The position numbers were made by a program, and so were the translations under genes. The notes under the pieces were generated by a model, which was not told where the DNA came from, made no database searches, and saw only the letters and a program-made list of their open reading frames with translations. Shown here piece after piece: positions 1 to 8,651 of a DNA stretch of 16,551 bases; the first letter of the stretch is position 1, and the number at the start of each line of letters is the position of its first letter. This stretch comes from a virus (taxonomy: Duplodnaviria > Heunggongvirae > Uroviricota > Caudoviricetes), in the IMG/VR virus record IMGVR_UViG_2802429241_000002. The stretch is one strand, 5' to 3'.

Positions 1-61
1 CGCTGGCCGACTGCTCCGCACGGGTGCATTCATTCAGTGTTTCCTGCCGGATATCCTGCAT
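1..61 (-). CDS. L: minor tail protein L, N-terminal 20 codons only (gene continues beyond window start)
   Basis: Minus-strand reading from ATG at 61..59 gives MQDIRQETLNECTRAEQSAS, matching the lambda gpL N-terminus as I remember it; ATGA overlap with the stop of the upstream M gene. Confidence 0.75.
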   Translation of the reverse strand, partial: MQDIRQETLNECTRAEQSAS

Positions 62-390
62 CAGTTCACCACCTGTTCAAACTCTGCGCTGAACTCAACA
101 CGCAGCATACTGACCCGCGACGACCATTTTGCGCAGGTCACCTTTATCTGCCGCCACTCATAAGGCGGCGTCCACAGAAAGGCTTTCCAGCCCCCGTGCT
201 CTTCCAGAAACGACTCCAGTACCGTGGCCTCCTCACGGGGGACAGAAAGCGTCACGCTGTACGTTTTCAGGTTGGCATTCAGCCCGGCAGGCGCTCGCTG
301 GGAACAGCCATCACCAAAGCGTACCTTTCTTACAGAAGGGGCCGAAGCCACATCCATACCGGGTTTCACTTTCCAGCGGAAGGTTTTCAT
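61..390 (-). CDS. M: minor tail protein M
   Basis: 109-aa ORF (MKTFRWKVKPGMDVAS...EFEQVVN) is near-identical to lambda gpM from memory; start overlaps the tape-measure stop (ATGA). Confidence 0.95.
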   Translation of the reverse strand: MKTFRWKVKPGMDVASAPSVRKVRFGDGCSQRAPAGLNANLKTYSVTLSVPREEATVLESFLEEHGGWKAFLWTPPYEWRQIKVTCAKWSSRVSMLRVEFSAEFEQVVN

Positions 391-3300
391 CGTCCACCTC
401 CGGAGAACAGACCACCATCACGGGACTGCTGTTGCATAAAGTCCGCTGCTGCTTTTTTCCCGAGGTCATAAACCACCTTCAGGGCAGCCGGACCTATCTG
501 CCCGTTCGTGCCATCGTTATTGATCTCAATGTTGTACTGCGGGGCAAACATCGCCATACCTGAACCACCAATATCCGCCACAACCCCCAGCTTACCATCA
601 GCACCACGACGCAGAGGCAGAATGGCTTCAGGCCCAGCTTCCCCCATCACACCTGCACCTTTTGCAAAAGCAAAAAACGTCGGACGGTTAACCACCGTGC
701 CACTGTAGCGACTCAAATCAGCAGACTGATAAACACCACCATCAGCATTGGGCGTCACACTGGCAGTTGCTGCACTCCCCCAGCCAAACGCCGAACCAAT
801 CCCCTTAACTGCCTGCATCATGGACATCTGGGCCATGATTTTTGCCAGATCAGAAAGGAGCGAGGCGGTAAAAGATTTGAAGTTCAGTTTTCCGGTGGTA
901 CAGAAGGTTGCCAGTGCATTACCTGCACTGTTAAATGCCGCTGTAAGCATCTGCTCAGCAGTGCCTGCCGCATTATCCGCATCTGCCGTGAAATTCTGAA
1001 ACGCCCGCATGGCACCGTTTTTCCAGTTACCCTGAGCAATTTCAAGCTGTTGCCAGTAACGGCGATTCTCATTCAGTTGTCGGTTCAGGCTCTCCGTCAG
1101 CGCCTGCTCGGCCTTTCTGTAGTCATCCGTGTTATATGTCCCTTTCTGCTCACTATCCCGCCTCAACTGCTCCAGCTGTTGCTGGTATTTCTGGCGAAGA
1201 CTCAGTTGTACCTGATATCGCTGCCGCTGCTGATCACCCATACCCACCGTGGCGATATCCAGGTCATGTTGCTGACGCTGAGCGCGCTCTTCTTCAGCCA
1301 GTTGACTGGTCAGCTGAATTGTTTTTTTCTTCAGCTCGTTGAGTGCCGTCTGTTTCTGAAGCTCCTGCTGTTTTACATCCAGCAGCGTCAATGCCTGAAT
1401 CAGTTCATCTTTACGGGCAAGCACACTCTTTTCATCTGCCGTCAGTTTTTTCCCGTCCAGGTCGCTGATGCGCTGCTGCAGAGCCAGAAGCTGTTTATGC
1501 GCTTCTGTCATCCTGTCAGTGGCAATGCCTGCTGACTGTCTTGCAGCAGCAATCTGCCCTTCCACCTGTGCCTGTTGCTGACTGTACTGCAGCAATAACC
1601 GGGTGGCCTCATCATTACGGGTTTCGCGTGTTTTTTTCTTACCGGATGCCAGGGCTTTCTCGTAACGTTCATTTTCACGTTGTATCGCCGCATCCCTGAC
1701 AGCCTGATCGGCGTACTGCATGGCATTAATACGCGCAATTTCACGCTGATGCCGTGCTGCTTCCGTTTCATTCATCCGGTTCAGTGCAGCATTTTCAGCA
1801 TTACGGCGTTTCTGTTGCTCCTGATAATTCCGCTCTGCCTGCTCTTTTGCATCCTGCAAATCCTTCTGGCGTTTTTTCTCCTGAAGATCGTTAAGACGCT
1901 GCTGATCGTATTCAACCTGAGAAGATGATGCCGTCCAGGGGAGTCTTTTCGCCCGCGACACTTTCTCCTGTAAAGCGGCAATCTGTTCATCCAGCGAGTC
2001 TTCACGACCAATATTCATGGCCGCATCCCAGAACTGCTTCCACCAGTCAGACAAAGTTTGCAGCGTGCTACCCAGCGCATTGAGGTTATTATCAATATCC
2101 GCAGTACGACGATCGGTTTCCTCTGCCAGTGCAGACATGGCTATCCGTGCAGCATCACTGGACCGCCCCTGCTCCCCAAGGACGCGTATCTGCTCAAGCT
2201 GAGTGGCAGTAAGAAAATGCAGCTCATTGTCCAGAGCCTTCGCGGCATTTACAGGATCATCCTTCAGCCGCTTAAACTGACTTATGGTATCGCTGACCGA
2301 CTGGCCAACCGATCGCTCCATCTGTGCGGCAGCTCTCGCCACCATACCGATATCGTTTCCACGAAATGCACCACTCCCCACCACCTGAGCCAGCGCACCG
2401 GCTGCAGCATGTTGCGTGATACCATTCCCGGAAATAGCACGACTGAGCGTCCACAGTTGCCCGGCAGTGACTCCGGCATAATGCCCCGTCAGCGACAACT
2501 GGCGGTTAAATTCTTCCCCCTCCTTCTGACCGTCATACCAGGCTTTACCCAGACCATAGACGGCCGCGGCAATACCGCCAATAACCCCGCCCAGCATCAT
2601 GCCTTTCGGTGACATCAGTGTGTCTATCCATCCGGCACGGTTAGCCAGCGTTATCCCGGATCCCCTCAGCGCACCTAAATTGCCGCGGGCCAGTTCACCT
2701 ATCAGAACGCCTATCTCCTGGCGGGCCGCTGCACTTTTCAGACCCAACGAATGCGTGGCTTTTCCTGCCTGCTCCATTTTGCGGATATACACTTCTGCAG
2801 CACTGCTTACCCCCAGTTGGGCAGCCTTAGCACGAAGCAACTCAGAAGAAGAAAGATTCTGGCGGGTTGCCTGCTCTTTAAGCTGACGGATAAACGCCAC
2901 TTTCTGTCGGGTAGACTCTTCCTCAGCCTGTGTAAGAACACGGGTTTTCGCAGTAACCTCAGAAATCAGCGCCAGATAATCCTGCTGACCAATCCCGCCA
3001 CTGTTTCTGGCCTGTCGGATCTGCTGCTGAATACGCTGTAATTCCTGCAGCCCCGCACTGGCCTGGTTCACACTGTCAATCTGACGATAAAACGCAGCAG
3101 CCGCTTTATCCTGAGCCTCCGCCAGAGCCATGGCCTGCGCCTGTTCCTCGCGCATTTTCTGGCTCAGCGCCTCCATGCGCTGGCGGGTTTTCTCCACCTC
3201 GCGGGCCATGCGTTCATGAGCCTGTGCGTTCTTCTCCACCGTCTGCGCATGGACGGATGCGGCTGTTGCAGCCGAAGAAGCCGCCTGCGTTGTCTGCCGG

Positions 3301-3461
3301 GCGGCCTGAGTCTGACGCTCCATAAAACGCTGCATACGGGCAGAAGACCGTTCTGCATCGCTGGCTGCACCATTCAGAAGGTTTTTGATACGGGGGATTT
3401 CATTTTTAAACTCTGCCGCATCAATCCCCAAATCAATGACCAGGTTGGCTATCTGGTCCAT
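387..3461 (-). CDS. H: tail tape measure protein (gpH-like), ~1024 aa
   Basis: Long Ala/Gln-rich coiled-coil ORF; C-terminus ...INNDGTNGQIGPAALKVVYDLGKKAAADFMQQQSRDGGLFSGGGR matches the lambda gpH C-terminus; N-terminus MDQIANLVIDLGIDAAEF resembles gpH MAEPVGDLVVDLSLDAARF. Start placed at ATG 3461 (GGAGG 8 nt upstream) rather than the track's 3491. Confidence 0.9.
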   Translation of the reverse strand: MDQIANLVIDLGIDAAEFKNEIPRIKNLLNGAASDAERSSARMQRFMERQTQAARQTTQAASSAATAASVHAQTVEKNAQAHERMAREVEKTRQRMEALSQKMREEQAQAMALAEAQDKAAAAFYRQIDSVNQASAGLQELQRIQQQIRQARNSGGIGQQDYLALISEVTAKTRVLTQAEEESTRQKVAFIRQLKEQATRQNLSSSELLRAKAAQLGVSSAAEVYIRKMEQAGKATHSLGLKSAAARQEIGVLIGELARGNLGALRGSGITLANRAGWIDTLMSPKGMMLGGVIGGIAAAVYGLGKAWYDGQKEGEEFNRQLSLTGHYAGVTAGQLWTLSRAISGNGITQHAAAGALAQVVGSGAFRGNDIGMVARAAAQMERSVGQSVSDTISQFKRLKDDPVNAAKALDNELHFLTATQLEQIRVLGEQGRSSDAARIAMSALAEETDRRTADIDNNLNALGSTLQTLSDWWKQFWDAAMNIGREDSLDEQIAALQEKVSRAKRLPWTASSSQVEYDQQRLNDLQEKKRQKDLQDAKEQAERNYQEQQKRRNAENAALNRMNETEAARHQREIARINAMQYADQAVRDAAIQRENERYEKALASGKKKTRETRNDEATRLLLQYSQQQAQVEGQIAAARQSAGIATDRMTEAHKQLLALQQRISDLDGKKLTADEKSVLARKDELIQALTLLDVKQQELQKQTALNELKKKTIQLTSQLAEEERAQRQQHDLDIATVGMGDQQRQRYQVQLSLRQKYQQQLEQLRRDSEQKGTYNTDDYRKAEQALTESLNRQLNENRRYWQQLEIAQGNWKNGAMRAFQNFTADADNAAGTAEQMLTAAFNSAGNALATFCTTGKLNFKSFTASLLSDLAKIMAQMSMMQAVKGIGSAFGWGSAATASVTPNADGGVYQSADLSRYSGTVVNRPTFFAFAKGAGVMGEAGPEAILPLRRGADGKLGVVADIGGSGMAMFAPQYNIEINNDGTNGQIGPAALKVVYDLGKKAAADFMQQQSRDGGLFSGGGR

Positions 3462-3762
3462 AACGCACACCTCCGGAAATACCTTCCCCAAGATGCATCA
3501 GTTCTTCGTCCGTTCGCTCCGGTATCCCGTTCTCTTCCGGTAAAAGGCTGAAATCAGCCACCGCAGCATCACTGCTGCCGGACACCATTCTCACGATCAA
3601 TGCCTTCAGCGAGGCAAACTGCGCATCCATCCACACATCACTGAAGCTCTGCATCCGGAAATAATCGCCCCACTCACCAAGCTCAGTGGCCGACATTTCC
3701 GACAGCATCCGCCGCCAGTCTGCCCGCCGGAACTCCCGGGCAAGCCGCATGACAAACTGCAT
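3433..3762 (-). CDS. T: tail assembly chaperone T segment; reading frame entered by -1 frameshift from G (expressed as G-T fusion, not from its own ATG)
   Basis: ORF lies in the -1 frame relative to G, overlaps the G 3' end, and sits immediately upstream of the tape-measure gene, as in lambda G/GT. Confidence 0.7.
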   Translation of the reverse strand: MQFVMRLAREFRRADWRRMLSEMSATELGEWGDYFRMQSFSDVWMDAQFASLKALIVRMVSGSSDAAVADFSLLPEENGIPERTDEELMHLGEGISGGVRYGPDSQPGH

Positions 3763-4157
3763 TTCCCGCGTCAGGACTTTTCCGGCGTCAGCACCTCATG
3801 CTCATCATCCCCGGCATTATCAATGGTCCCCATACCGCTCAGCGACAGAACCATCTCCGCCCCCGCCCCCAGGGCATCATACGACCATGTTGTAATAACG
3901 GATGCGCAAAGCGTCTCTACATCCTTAGACTGATCCGCATTCCACAGTGAGCGGGAAACCAGCCAGGCATTGATATCCATCCCCATCCGCAGAAAAGCAA
4001 TCTGTCGTTCAGCCTCCGGCAGTTCTCCCTCTTCGGCATCAAACTTTGCCGTTCGCTGCTGAACAAACGCCAGATATTCAATTCTCTGCAGCCCGGACAG
4101 CTCACTGAGCACCACGGACTGCTTTTCATAATTAAACGTGCCCTGTTTCAGAAACAT
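3433..4157 (-). CDS. tail assembly chaperone G-T fusion product (predicted -1 programmed ribosomal frameshift near 3777..3783)
   Basis: G frame ends ...HEVLTPEKS*; the -1 frame is open from 4 codons upstream of the G stop and continues 110 codons to 3433. Putative slip site G_GAA_AAG (minus strand) resembles lambda's G_GGA_AAG. Confidence 0.6.
3771..4157 (-). CDS. G: tail assembly chaperone G
   Basis: MFLKQGTFNYEKQSVVLSELSGLQRIEYLA... resembles lambda gpG (MFLKTESFEHNGVTVTLSELSALQRIEHLA...). Start at ATG 4157 (alternative ATG at 4160); GGTGGAG SD just upstream. Confidence 0.85.
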   Translation of the reverse strand: MFLKQGTFNYEKQSVVLSELSGLQRIEYLAFVQQRTAKFDAEEGELPEAERQIAFLRMGMDINAWLVSRSLWNADQSKDVETLCASVITTWSYDALGAGAEMVLSLSGMGTIDNAGDDEHEVLTPEKS

Positions 4158-4173
4158 CATGTTCTCCACCTGC

Positions 4174-4197
4174 AAAAAAGCCCCGGATAACCGGGGC
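4174..4197 (-). terminator. intrinsic terminator-like hairpin between V and G (minus strand: GCCCCGG-UUAU-CCGGGGC followed by U6)
   Basis: Perfect 7-bp GC stem, 4-nt loop and T6 tract read directly from the sequence, 15 nt upstream of the G start. Confidence 0.6.
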
Positions 4198-4217
4198 AAA
4201 TGATGAGTATCGTCCTG

Positions 4218-4961
4218 TTAACCTGCGGCGCTGACAGCCACCGTAGCCACTGCCACAAAATCGCCGTCAGAAGTCATGCCCACAATGCTGACACTGCCCT
4301 GCTTCACGCCTTTCACCGTGGCCACAAGCCCGTTCAGGGTCACCGTGGCAGTCTGTGGATCTGTCGAATGCACACTGATCGCTTTGTCACTGGCTCCGTC
4401 AGGTTTTACTGTAAAGGTCAGCGTGGTGGTTGCTCCCACTTTTACACTGGCAGATGCCGGTGCCACCGTCAGCCCGGTAACGCCCACAGTTTCAGTGCCT
4501 TCCTCTGCCAGATACGGACGCCCCACACCGCTGATTTTCACTGTGCGGGTCATCACGTCTTTTGAGGCAATGGTTTTACCCAGTGAGCTCAGCCAGCCAC
4601 GGAAAACATCAACAGTGCCGTTGGGATATTTGATACGAAACGCGCAGACTTCACCGGAGTCGAACAACTGAACCAGTTTTTTCTGCCCGCTGTCACCCGG
4701 ACGCCAGGCCAGCGTCGCCGAAGTATCACCGACTGATTTCTGCCCCTGGGTTGTCGTTTTCCAGTCTGCATCTTCATCATCGAGATAAGTGTCATCTTCT
4801 GCATCAGCGGTCATTTCGCCAGGTTGCAGATCCTTCACCATCGCAAGACGCAGCCAGTCAGTGTCCGACAAAGGGTTCGCAAATGCGTCGCCGTTGCCGG
4901 TATACATCCAGAACGTCGTTCCCGCACCTTTCGTTTTTGCCAGTGGATTTGGTGTGGTCAT
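4218..4961 (-). CDS. V: major tail protein V (with C-terminal Ig-like domain)
   Basis: MTTPNPLAKTKGAGTTFWMYTGNGDAFANPLSDTDW... closely resembles lambda gpV ([36 protein letters not shown]...). Start at ATG 4961 with AAGGAGGTGG SD; the track's upstream extension to 5036 would overlap U. Confidence 0.93.
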   Translation of the reverse strand: MTTPNPLAKTKGAGTTFWMYTGNGDAFANPLSDTDWLRLAMVKDLQPGEMTADAEDDTYLDDEDADWKTTTQGQKSVGDTSATLAWRPGDSGQKKLVQLFDSGEVCAFRIKYPNGTVDVFRGWLSSLGKTIASKDVMTRTVKISGVGRPYLAEEGTETVGVTGLTVAPASASVKVGATTTLTFTVKPDGASDKAISVHSTDPQTATVTLNGLVATVKGVKQGSVSIVGMTSDGDFVAVATVAVSAAG

Positions 4962-4971
4962 TACCACCTCC

Positions 4972-5373
4972 TTAATTCGTGTACGTGATCTGGTACGTGA
5001 TTTCCGCCATCGCCCAGGTGGCCATCTCATTATCACGTTGATAGTTAAAACCGAGTGGGTTCAGGGTGTCGATGAGTCCGGAAAGTGCCGGTACATCATT
5101 CAGGGCCGGGAAAATGGTGCTCTCCATCCACATATCCAGCTCTGAATCCGGTGCCTGTGCCCGGATGAAGACGGCAATATGCAGAACAGCCTGCCAGTCA
5201 TCTTCATCCGTCATTTTTCCGGTGTACTGAGCATCACTCAGCCACACCGCCACGGCAGGCAGTTCCTGCGCATCAACAAATGCCGGAAGCCCGTCAAAAA
5301 ACGTGGCGCTGTCTCCACACTGTTCCCGAAGGCGTGCCAGTACGACCTGGCGGATTTGTGTATGTCGGTTCAT
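4972..5373 (-). CDS. U: tail terminator protein U
   Basis: ...ATFFDGLPAFVDAQELPAVAVWLSDAQYTGK...ITYQITY resembles lambda gpU. Start chosen at ATG 5373 (MNRHT, aligning with lambda MKHT, ATGA overlap with Z stop); alternative ATG at 5385. Confidence 0.9.
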   Translation of the reverse strand: MNRHTQIRQVVLARLREQCGDSATFFDGLPAFVDAQELPAVAVWLSDAQYTGKMTDEDDWQAVLHIAVFIRAQAPDSELDMWMESTIFPALNDVPALSGLIDTLNPLGFNYQRDNEMATWAMAEITYQITYTN

Positions 5374-5990
5374 CGGGTCAGCCATAACCTCAGTTGTTGT
5401 TTCAGTGCATACCCCAGCTGTTTCGGCATTTCCGCAGCAATGATGCGGTCGCGGGCATCTTCAAATGCCTGTGTCAGCGGTCCGGACAGCGGGATTTTCA
5501 CTACCTCCACAGGAAGACGATTTTTTCTTGGCCTGCCCTGATGGTCATGCCCTGTTGCAAAACGCGCTTCAGGAAGACGCCTCAGAACATGCCAGCGACC
5601 ATTCGCCAGTTGCTGAATAAACGCATCCCGGAAAAGATATTTACCCACCTTCAGCACACTGCCACGGTACTGCAGTTTTCCACCACGCCGGGCCAGTCTG
5701 ACCCTGGCTGTCCCCAGCTTAATGGCGGGCAGATTGCCCCGGTTAACGCGGATCCTGGCCGTCATTTTTCCTGACGGACTGGCTTTAAACACCCGGACAC
5801 GCTGACGTACCAGTTTCAGGGGGATCCCTTTCACCTGGTTATCTCCCGCAACGGTATTCCCGGCAACCTGCCGGGTGGCAACCGAGACCGCTTTCTGTGC
5901 CACACGGTTTATCGCCCATGCGCTGGCCTGTGGCACCATACGGGTATCAAGGCTGTTCAGATTGCGGATGGCATTCTCAAGCCCCTTCAT
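5370..5990 (-). CDS. Z: minor tail / tail completion protein, gpZ-like (206 aa)
   Basis: Position immediately upstream of U, size, and MKGLENAIRNLNSL N-terminus are consistent with the lambda minor tail protein Z family; AGAGGTG SD upstream. The family call is from position and general resemblance, not a verified alignment. Confidence 0.65.
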   Translation of the reverse strand: MKGLENAIRNLNSLDTRMVPQASAWAINRVAQKAVSVATRQVAGNTVAGDNQVKGIPLKLVRQRVRVFKASPSGKMTARIRVNRGNLPAIKLGTARVRLARRGGKLQYRGSVLKVGKYLFRDAFIQQLANGRWHVLRRLPEARFATGHDHQGRPRKNRLPVEVVKIPLSGPLTQAFEDARDRIIAAEMPKQLGYALKQQLRLWLTR

Positions 5991-6001
5991 CCCACACCTC
6001 T

Positions 6002-6277
6002 TTACTCAATAAAGATCATTGGCTTACCGTTAAAGCGTTCATGCCGTGTGACCGTCCATTGTTGTCCGTCATAAACAACGCGATCCCCGCGCCGTGGGCG
6101 GTATCCCGAAGAAAACACCACCAGAGAGACCGCAGGTCCGGACAGAGCATTCAGCTCTACCAGTGTTTCTCCCGGGATCACAGTCATATCGACATCATTA
6201 ATCGAGGCTGTCTTTCCCATCTTTCTGACCGTGATCGCATCCATACGCGCTGCCAGCCGGGAAAAGGGATCAGACAT
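6002..6277 (-). CDS. head-tail joining protein, gpFII-like (91 aa)
   Basis: MSDPFSRLAARMDAITVRKMGKTASI...RRGDRVVYDGQQWTVTRH resembles lambda gpFII (MADFDNLFDAAIARADETIRGYMGTSATI...RRGDTLTIGEENFWVDRV); gene order fits. Confidence 0.65.
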   Translation of the reverse strand: MSDPFSRLAARMDAITVRKMGKTASINDVDMTVIPGETLVELNALSGPAVSLVVFSSGYRPRRGDRVVYDGQQWTVTRHERFNGKPMIFIE

Positions 6278-6593
6278 TGAGTTTTACCGGCACTTCTTCT
6301 GCACTGGTTCCGGCATCTGCCCAGACAACCCCGACCAGCGGATCAGAGCCGCTGTTAGTCAGCTGAACTTTTCCGGACTTCAGATAAACCTTCTTACCCG
6401 TTTTCATATCATCCGTTTTCAGCTTAGGCAGCATAAACACACCTTCGGTCATGCCGTCGCCTGTTTCACCCTGTGGAATATCGGTCAGCGCCACCGCAAA
6501 AACATCACCCACCTGCACCAGATCTCCGCTGCTGATGGCTGCACTGGCAACAATCGCCACCGTTTTTCCTTCTTCTACAAAATTCTTTGCCAT
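6270..6593 (-). CDS. small head-associated protein of unknown function (107 aa; FI position, possibly decoration/packaging-related)
   Basis: ORF with good SD (GGAGACAGTT-ATG) at 6593, located between the capsid gene and the FII-like gene; no function assignable from sequence alone. Confidence 0.7.
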   Translation of the reverse strand: MAKNFVEEGKTVAIVASAAISSGDLVQVGDVFAVALTDIPQGETGDGMTEGVFMLPKLKTDDMKTGKKVYLKSGKVQLTNSGSDPLVGVVWADAGTSAEEVPVKLNV

Positions 6594-6636
6594 AACTGTC
6601 TCCGCACAGCCCCGTTCAGGGGCTGATTTCAGGTAC

Positions 6637-6656
6637 AAAAAAAGCCCTTACGGGCC
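6637..6656 (-). terminator. intrinsic terminator-like hairpin downstream of the major capsid gene (minus strand: GGCCC-GUAA-GGGCU followed by U7)
   Basis: Short GC stem with GNRA-type loop and T7 tract read from the sequence, 25 nt after the capsid stop codon. Confidence 0.5.
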
Positions 6657-6679
6657 ATCAGAGTTGTTGTCTGCGACGT

Positions 6680-8638
6680 TTACGCCGTACATTTCACCAG
6701 ACCGCGGTGATCAACTGGCGCGACACCGGCGTCAATACGCACTTTCGTTGTCACGCCATCCACACTGAAGCCCTCCATCTGATCAACATATGGCGTATCC
6801 ACACCGTTGAGATAAGCCACTTCAATCGTATCGGAGCCTTTTGACGCAGCCAGGTAGAAGGTGGTCTGGCTGTTATCATCAAGACGAGGCTCTGCAATAA
6901 CGGTCGCAAAATCTTTCACCGGGTTAATAATACCGGCGTTAATGTCAGCCCCCTTGACACTTGAGGAGCGAATGACCTGGTTAGCAACAGACTCCATCGC
7001 CGTCGGTACCAGTACGAACGCAGGACGAATATTCAGATGACGCTCCCCCTCTTTCTGAACACGCATCAACTGGCGGGCTTTATCCAGCGATGCCACGTCC
7101 ATTGCAGCGCTCTCCAGTACGTTTGCATGTTTCGCTTTATCGAACAGACTTACATTATCTGTGGAGATTTTCGGGTTAGACGTCAGAATGGCATAAACCA
7201 GATCGGCAATAGTGGATTTCGCCGCACGGCCCAGCTTCATCGGGACATCGGTCAGCATATTCAGATCATCATTGATAATGGCCTGACGGGTGATACTGAA
7301 CAGCTCGCCATAGGTCGCCAGTGCAATAGTGGCCTGTTTATCTCCGGTGGTGACGTATTTATATTCCGCCCCTTCACGCACCTGGCGCAGAGCACTGAAG
7401 CCCCCCATACCCACACGATGGGCAATTTTAAAATCAGACAACTGACCTTTCCGCGTCCACTGTTCGTAAGTTTCAGGAGCATCTTCCCAGCCCTGCAGAA
7501 TGGCTTTGTTCGCAACATCCAACAAAATATTACCGAAGTCAGACGTACTGTGTGTGAACGCCGCACCAACCATCTGCATCGGATTATAACCGGAAACCCC
7601 AATACCCCGTTCAGTCAGTGACATACGGGCATATTCACGCAGGGTCATCCCGTTGTAGACATTATCACGTTCGGTTTTTTCAAATCCGGCACGCGCCATC
7701 AGCGCCTGGCGGATCCCGTCCCCCACAAAATTACCGTTACCGGCATAAATATGAGCCGGGGTATTTTTATTGGATGGCGTGGACTCGCGCCCCATCTCGT
7801 TCAACAGCTTTTCGCGGGCCTGCTCCAGCGAACATTCAGGATCGGCAAGACACTGAGCCTGCAGCGTCTGATAACGCCCGCCAAACATGGCAAACAGATC
7901 ATTAATACCGTTTACACGCGCTTTTTGCTCTGCCAGTACCTGCGCACGGATACTGTTTTCATCCACCACGGGTGCTGCTGCCTGCACTGGCGTCCGGGAG
8001 GCTTCAGGTTCATTATCCTGTACGCGTGGAGCACTGTTGCGTGGCGGAGTAATCATGTTTCGAATGGATTCCGGCATCTTTTTAAATTCCTCTGTACGTT
8101 TTGACTGAATACATGCCATTGCCTTAACGGCTGGCGTCACCTGATCAGCAAATCCATGTGCCAGACATTCGGCACCGGACATCCAGGTCTCATCCGCCAG
8201 CATGGCAGCAATTTCATCGGTGGTTTTCCCGGTTTTCTGTGCATAAGCGGGTAACAGAACCGCCTCAACTTTATCAAGCAGGTCGGCATAGGTGCGCATG
8301 TCCTCCGCATCACCGCCCGTAAAGCCAAATGGTTTATGAATCATCATGAAGGTGTTTTCCGGCATAATGACCGGGTTTCCCACCATCGCAATGACCGACG
8401 CCATTGACGCCGCCACACCGTCGACATAAACGGTAATGGACGCACCATGTGTTTTCAGTGCATTAAAAATGGCGATGCCTTCAAAGACATCGCCACCCGG
8501 TGAATTGATATGGAGATTAATGTGGGTGATATCGCCCAGTGCACTCAGATCACTGATAAACTGCTTCGCTGTAACACCCCAGAAACCAATCTCGTCATAA
8601 ATATAAATATCCGCGTCACTCTGGTGACCAGCCTGCAT
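6680..8638 (-). CDS. prohead protease (ClpP/S14-like) - scaffold - major capsid protein fusion (~652 aa)
   Basis: N-terminal region contains a ClpP-like motif (INSPGGDVFEGIAIFNALK...VDGVAASMASVIAMVGN, Ser in AASM); central coiled-coil segment; large C-terminal domain typical of capsid proteins. Start placed at ATG 8638 because the track's upstream extension overlaps the portal gene by ~250 nt; SD at 8638 is weak. Confidence 0.8.
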   Translation of the reverse strand: MQAGHQSDADIYIYDEIGFWGVTAKQFISDLSALGDITHINLHINSPGGDVFEGIAIFNALKTHGASITVYVDGVAASMASVIAMVGNPVIMPENTFMMIHKPFGFTGGDAEDMRTYADLLDKVEAVLLPAYAQKTGKTTDEIAAMLADETWMSGAECLAHGFADQVTPAVKAMACIQSKRTEEFKKMPESIRNMITPPRNSAPRVQDNEPEASRTPVQAAAPVVDENSIRAQVLAEQKARVNGINDLFAMFGGRYQTLQAQCLADPECSLEQAREKLLNEMGRESTPSNKNTPAHIYAGNGNFVGDGIRQALMARAGFEKTERDNVYNGMTLREYARMSLTERGIGVSGYNPMQMVGAAFTHSTSDFGNILLDVANKAILQGWEDAPETYEQWTRKGQLSDFKIAHRVGMGGFSALRQVREGAEYKYVTTGDKQATIALATYGELFSITRQAIINDDLNMLTDVPMKLGRAAKSTIADLVYAILTSNPKISTDNVSLFDKAKHANVLESAAMDVASLDKARQLMRVQKEGERHLNIRPAFVLVPTAMESVANQVIRSSSVKGADINAGIINPVKDFATVIAEPRLDDNSQTTFYLAASKGSDTIEVAYLNGVDTPYVDQMEGFSVDGVTTKVRIDAGVAPVDHRGLVKCTA

Positions 8639-8651
8639 CCTGAACCAGGAA

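Noticed and set aside
1050-1535. Plus-strand ORFs of 60-190 aa lying antisense to the tape measure, portal, capsid and terminase genes (e.g. 1050..1535, 2058..2612, 7037..7621, 9459..9872)
   Set aside because: They overlap strongly supported minus-strand genes, lack SD sequences and have low-complexity or Leu/Arg/Ser-rich translations typical of antisense shadow ORFs.
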